From an uncultured Leptospirales bacterium (GTDB taxonomy: Bacteria; Spirochaetota; UBA4802; UBA5550): a DNA stretch of 64,000 nucleotides. Below, piece after piece: positions 61,291 to 64,000 of this stretch. The notes under the pieces were generated by a model that saw nothing but the letters and a program-made list of their open reading frames with translations, ran no database searches and was not told where the DNA came from. The translations under genes were made by a program, and so were the position numbers. The stretch is taken from the NCBI GenBank assembly GCA_964392365.1, contig CAYMPH010000006.1:3198-67197 (forward strand). The letters run 5' to 3'. Positions within the stretch are counted from its first letter, which is position 1. The number at the start of each line of letters is the position of its first letter.

Positions 61291-61769
61291 TCCGATTTTT
61301 TCTTCTTAGCAGGTTCTACAACAACATTTAAACCTTTTAATTTTGCACCATCGAATGAATGGTAAACAATTTCAGCATATTGCTCTGAAACTTCAAAAAA
61401 TGAATAGGTTGCATGAATATCAATTTTACCAATCTGTTTCCCGTCTATTCCGGATTTTTTTACAATTTCTCTGATTAAATCCCCGGTTGAGATTCTGTGA
61501 TTTTTCCCTACATTAATAAAAAGTCTGGCTCTTCCATCTTTAATATCTTCAAAAACCACCTTGCCTGCAACTTTTTTCTCAAATATTTTTTCCAGGTTAA
61601 GTTTTGAAATATCACCAACGTATTCTTTCAGCAAGGCAGCTGCGAGTCTTTTTGTGCCGCCAAATAAGGGGAGTTGTTTTCTCATTTCTTTGAGAAGTTT
61701 TTCATAATCACCTAAATATTCTGTTTGAGCGATCTGAATTATTTTCTCTACTTTTTTTCCCTGACTCAT
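61287..61769 (-). CDS. Standalone DbpA-type RNA-binding-domain protein
   Basis: C-terminal RLFINVGKNHRISTGDLIREIV...IGKIDIHATYSFFEVSEQYAEIV...KLKGLNVVVEP matches the DbpA/YxiN C-terminal RRM-like domain pattern. ATG 61769 has GAGGA 9 nt upstream; the track's TTG at 61790 is rejected. Stop overlaps the methyltransferase start (ATGA). Confidence 0.65.
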   Translation of the reverse strand: MSQGKKVEKIIQIAQTEYLGDYEKLLKEMRKQLPLFGGTKRLAAALLKEYVGDISKLNLEKIFEKKVAGKVVFEDIKDGRARLFINVGKNHRISTGDLIREIVKKSGIDGKQIGKIDIHATYSFFEVSEQYAEIVYHSFDGAKLKGLNVVVEPAKKKKSE

Positions 61770-61854
61770 TTGAAATCCTCTGTGAAACAAATTTCCGATA
61801 TTTAAATTGACAGTGCAAAACTAACAACGGATTAAATATATGGCAAGTATTTTT

Positions 61855-62514
61855 CTATATATCCTCTTTGCATCTATATCCTACATTACGAACAGTTTCA
61901 ATTACTGAATTGAATTCATCCCCGAGTTTACCCCGGAGTCGTCTGATATGAACATCAACTGTCCTTGTTCCTCCAATATACTCAAGACCCCAGATTCTGC
62001 TGAGTAAATCCTTTCTTGAAAACACAACACCCCTGTTTTCAAAAAAAAGTCTCAGTAATTCAAATTCCTTGTATGTTAATTCAAGTTTTTCTTCATTAAA
62101 ATAAACTGAATATTCCTTTAGATTTATTTTTAAATTTCTAATGGAAATTTCTTCATTATCTGATTGTCTGTTTCCAGCCAGTTTTTTTAATCTGGCTTGA
62201 AGTTCACCTTTTCTGAAAGGGTACACAACAAAATCATTAAAAAACCAGTCGAATTTAATTTCTTCAATCTTATTTACTTTAATAATAAGCAGAACCGGTA
62301 CATCGTGGAACTTCTTTCTTAGCTTTGAAAGAAAAAATTGCGCTGAATCAGGAGTAGTAAAAAGGTCTGTATCAACCAATAGGCAATGCGAATCTTCACT
62401 TTTTGCTGATTCAAAAGATTTATAATTCTGCACTTCCGCTTCAGGAATATTTGCCTTAACGTCCTGAAGAACTTCACCGCTTTCAGTAATTATGCTGATA
62501 GATATTGATTTCAT
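61855..62514 (-). CDS. OmpR/PhoB-family transcriptional regulator with degenerate (atypical) receiver domain
   Basis: C-terminal winged helix LTYKEFELLRLFFENRGVVFSRKDLLSRIWG...TRTVDVHIRRLRGKL. The N-terminal REC-like fold lacks the DD pair and the conserved Thr and Lys positions. Confidence 0.75.
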   Translation of the reverse strand: MKSISISIITESGEVLQDVKANIPEAEVQNYKSFESAKSEDSHCLLVDTDLFTTPDSAQFFLSKLRKKFHDVPVLLIIKVNKIEEIKFDWFFNDFVVYPFRKGELQARLKKLAGNRQSDNEEISIRNLKINLKEYSVYFNEEKLELTYKEFELLRLFFENRGVVFSRKDLLSRIWGLEYIGGTRTVDVHIRRLRGKLGDEFNSVIETVRNVGYRCKEDI

Positions 62515-62521
62515 ATATTTT

Positions 62522-64000
62522 TTATTTCAATCCAGTTGAAATTATCCCCTTTGAAGCATCTACAGTTACAACTGTTCCGCCTTTTAAAATACCAGTGGCG
62601 TTCATTGCGTTAGAAATAACCGGTATATCAAGTGCAAGCCCTACAATCACTGCTTTTGAATTTTCGCTATCTTCCTCAGTTACAATAGCTGATGCATTTT
62701 TTATTGCGTGAAGAATTATATCCGTAGTTTTCGAAAAAACAAGAATATCCCCTGCTTTAAAATCCAGTATATCATTATCGCCTTCTGCAATCACACAAAT
62801 TTTTCCAGTTGAAGTTAATTTGTTTAATCCATTTCCTTCCAGCAAAACATCTCCAACAATATGCACCCTGAGAGTATTTGTTGCACCGCTGATTCCTGCA
62901 GGAAAGCCGCCTGTTATTACAACAAGATCACCGTTTTTAATCAGATCGGTTTCTTCGGCTTTTAATATTGACTGATCAAATATTTCTTCAGTAGTATATT
63001 TTTCTTCAGTAAGAACCGGGAAAACTCCCCATGAAAGTGAAAGCTGGTTATATACTTTCGGAAGAACAGTCATGGCAATTATAGGGCATGCAGGTCTGTA
63101 TTTTGATACCATCCGGGCAGTATGACCTGATTTTGTCAGAGATAGTATAGCAGCAGCTCCAAGAGTATGTGCTGTTTCGCATGTTGCCTGACTAATCGCA
63201 TTTGTAATATTTCTTGAAACAGTGATATGTGAATTATTAAATCTTTTCACATAATCAATGTCAGATTCAGTTTTTGCGGCAATTTTAGCCATTACCTTAA
63301 CTGTTTCAACAGGATATTTTCCGACTGATGTTTCGCCTGAAAGCATGAGTGCGCTTGTTCCATCATAAATCGCATTTGCCACATCTGTGATTTCCGCTCT
63401 GGTTGGACTTGGATTGCGTATCATTGAATCGAGCATTTGCGTTGCAGTAATTGCAGGTATCCCGGCGATTCCGCATTTTTTTATTATATCTTTTTGAATT
63501 GATGGAAGTTCCTCAAAAGGAATCTCAACACCCATATCACCTCTTGCAACCATTACGCCATCGCTGAGATGAACTATATCATCTATATTTCTGACCCCAT
63601 CTCTGTTTTCAATCTTTGAGATAATTTTAATAAAACTCCCGCCGGAATCATCAAGAAACTTCTTTATATCTTTTACATCATTCTGGTTTCTGACAAAAGA
63701 AGCTGCAATAAAATCAATATCATTATCAACAGCAAACTTCAAATCAAGCTTATCCCTTTCGCTGATAAACGGAATGGTGATTGTAACTCCTGGAACATTT
63801 ATTCCTTTATTATCACCAATTGGACCGCCTGTAATAACAATACATTCAATAATTTTATCAGTTTTCGATATTACTTTCAGCTCTACCAGTCCATCTGCAA
63901 TTAAAATTCTGGATCCCTTTTCAACATCAGCAGGAAGCCCCTGATATGAAACAGAAGCTATTTTTTCTGTTCCAACGACTTCATCGATAGTAAGGCTGAA
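62522..64000 (-). CDS. pyk: Pyruvate kinase with C-terminal PEP-utilizer-like extension (5' end beyond window)
   Basis: Core motifs FIAASFVR, MVARGDMGVEIP, MLSGETSVGKYP. The frame is open to 64000 and encodes the B-domain (VITGGPIGDNKGINVPGV). The track's start at 63742 is an internal TTG. Confidence 0.9.
   Translation of the reverse strand, partial: FSLTIDEVVGTEKIASVSYQGLPADVEKGSRILIADGLVELKVISKTDKIIECIVITGGPIGDNKGINVPGVTITIPFISERDKLDLKFAVDNDIDFIAASFVRNQNDVKDIKKFLDDSGGSFIKIISKIENRDGVRNIDDIVHLSDGVMVARGDMGVEIPFEELPSIQKDIIKKCGIAGIPAITATQMLDSMIRNPSPTRAEITDVANAIYDGTSALMLSGETSVGKYPVETVKVMAKIAAKTESDIDYVKRFNNSHITVSRNITNAISQATCETAHTLGAAAILSLTKSGHTARMVSKYRPACPIIAMTVLPKVYNQLSLSWGVFPVLTEEKYTTEEIFDQSILKAEETDLIKNGDLVVITGGFPAGISGATNTLRVHIVGDVLLEGNGLNKLTSTGKICVIAEGDNDILDFKAGDILVFSKTTDIILHAIKNASAIVTEEDSENSKAVIVGLALDIPVISNAMNATGILKGGTVVTVDASKGIISTGLK

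Noticed and set aside
61770-61790. TTG start at 61790 for the DbpA-RBD protein
   Set aside because: ATG 61769 has a GAGGA Shine-Dalgarno site at ideal spacing. The TTG has none.
63740-63742. ORF-track start of the pyruvate kinase at 63742
   Set aside because: It is an internal TTG. The frame continues open to the window edge, encoding the canonical pyruvate kinase B-domain.
1-64000. CRISPR arrays, prophage or transposable elements
   Set aside because: No regularly spaced direct repeats. No integrase, transposase, recombinase or phage structural genes recognised anywhere in the window.

Overview
This 64 kb window is chromosomal DNA from a low-GC (about 32-34%) Gram-negative bacterium, read here as an inference from gene content and nucleotide composition. 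The gene content suggests the Fibrobacteres-Chlorobi-Bacteroidetes group (Ignavibacteria- or Bacteroidota-like): PEGA-domain and TPR secreted proteins, a giant SprA-like outer-membrane protein, Shine-Dalgarno sites present, frequent GTG/TTG starts. Coding density is high, with about 60 CDSs. I found no rRNA, tRNA, CRISPR array, transposase or integrase. Confident housekeeping calls are pyruvate phosphate dikinase, pyruvate kinase (3' partial), PurD, MurI, a CimA/LeuA-family synthase, a CopA P-type ATPase, DsbD, an M23 peptidase, a DHH phosphoesterase and an XPB-type helicase. Signalling genes are numerous: a HisKA_2-type sensor kinase with a REC-PAS partner, a hybrid sensor kinase, a membrane PP2C phosphatase, a STAS protein, and an XRE regulator. 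There are two further REC-domain proteins, one with a novel N-terminal domain and one with a degenerate receiver; neither carries a recognisable catalytic or DNA-binding output domain. The less ordinary content is listed first. (1) A radical-SAM/SPASM fusion protein is co-linear with an SpsF-like cytidylyltransferase and a PseG/SpsG-like gene at the end of a cimA-murI-PPIase operon. (2) A standalone DbpA-type RNA-binding-domain protein is translationally coupled to a zinc-ribbon SAM methyltransferase. (3) A tight operon encodes two class I methyltransferases, a polytopic membrane protein, a coupled small membrane peptide and a PEMT/ICMT-family membrane methyltransferase. (4) A GC-rich tandem-hairpin element with a G-quadruplex motif lies in the ppdK 3' region of an otherwise AT-rich genome. 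(5) A cysteine-rich ORF with four CxxC pairs lacks any canonical start codon. (6) A 1892-aa outer-membrane protein carries EF-hand-like calcium loops. All functional assignments come from motif recognition by eye; I ran no database searches.
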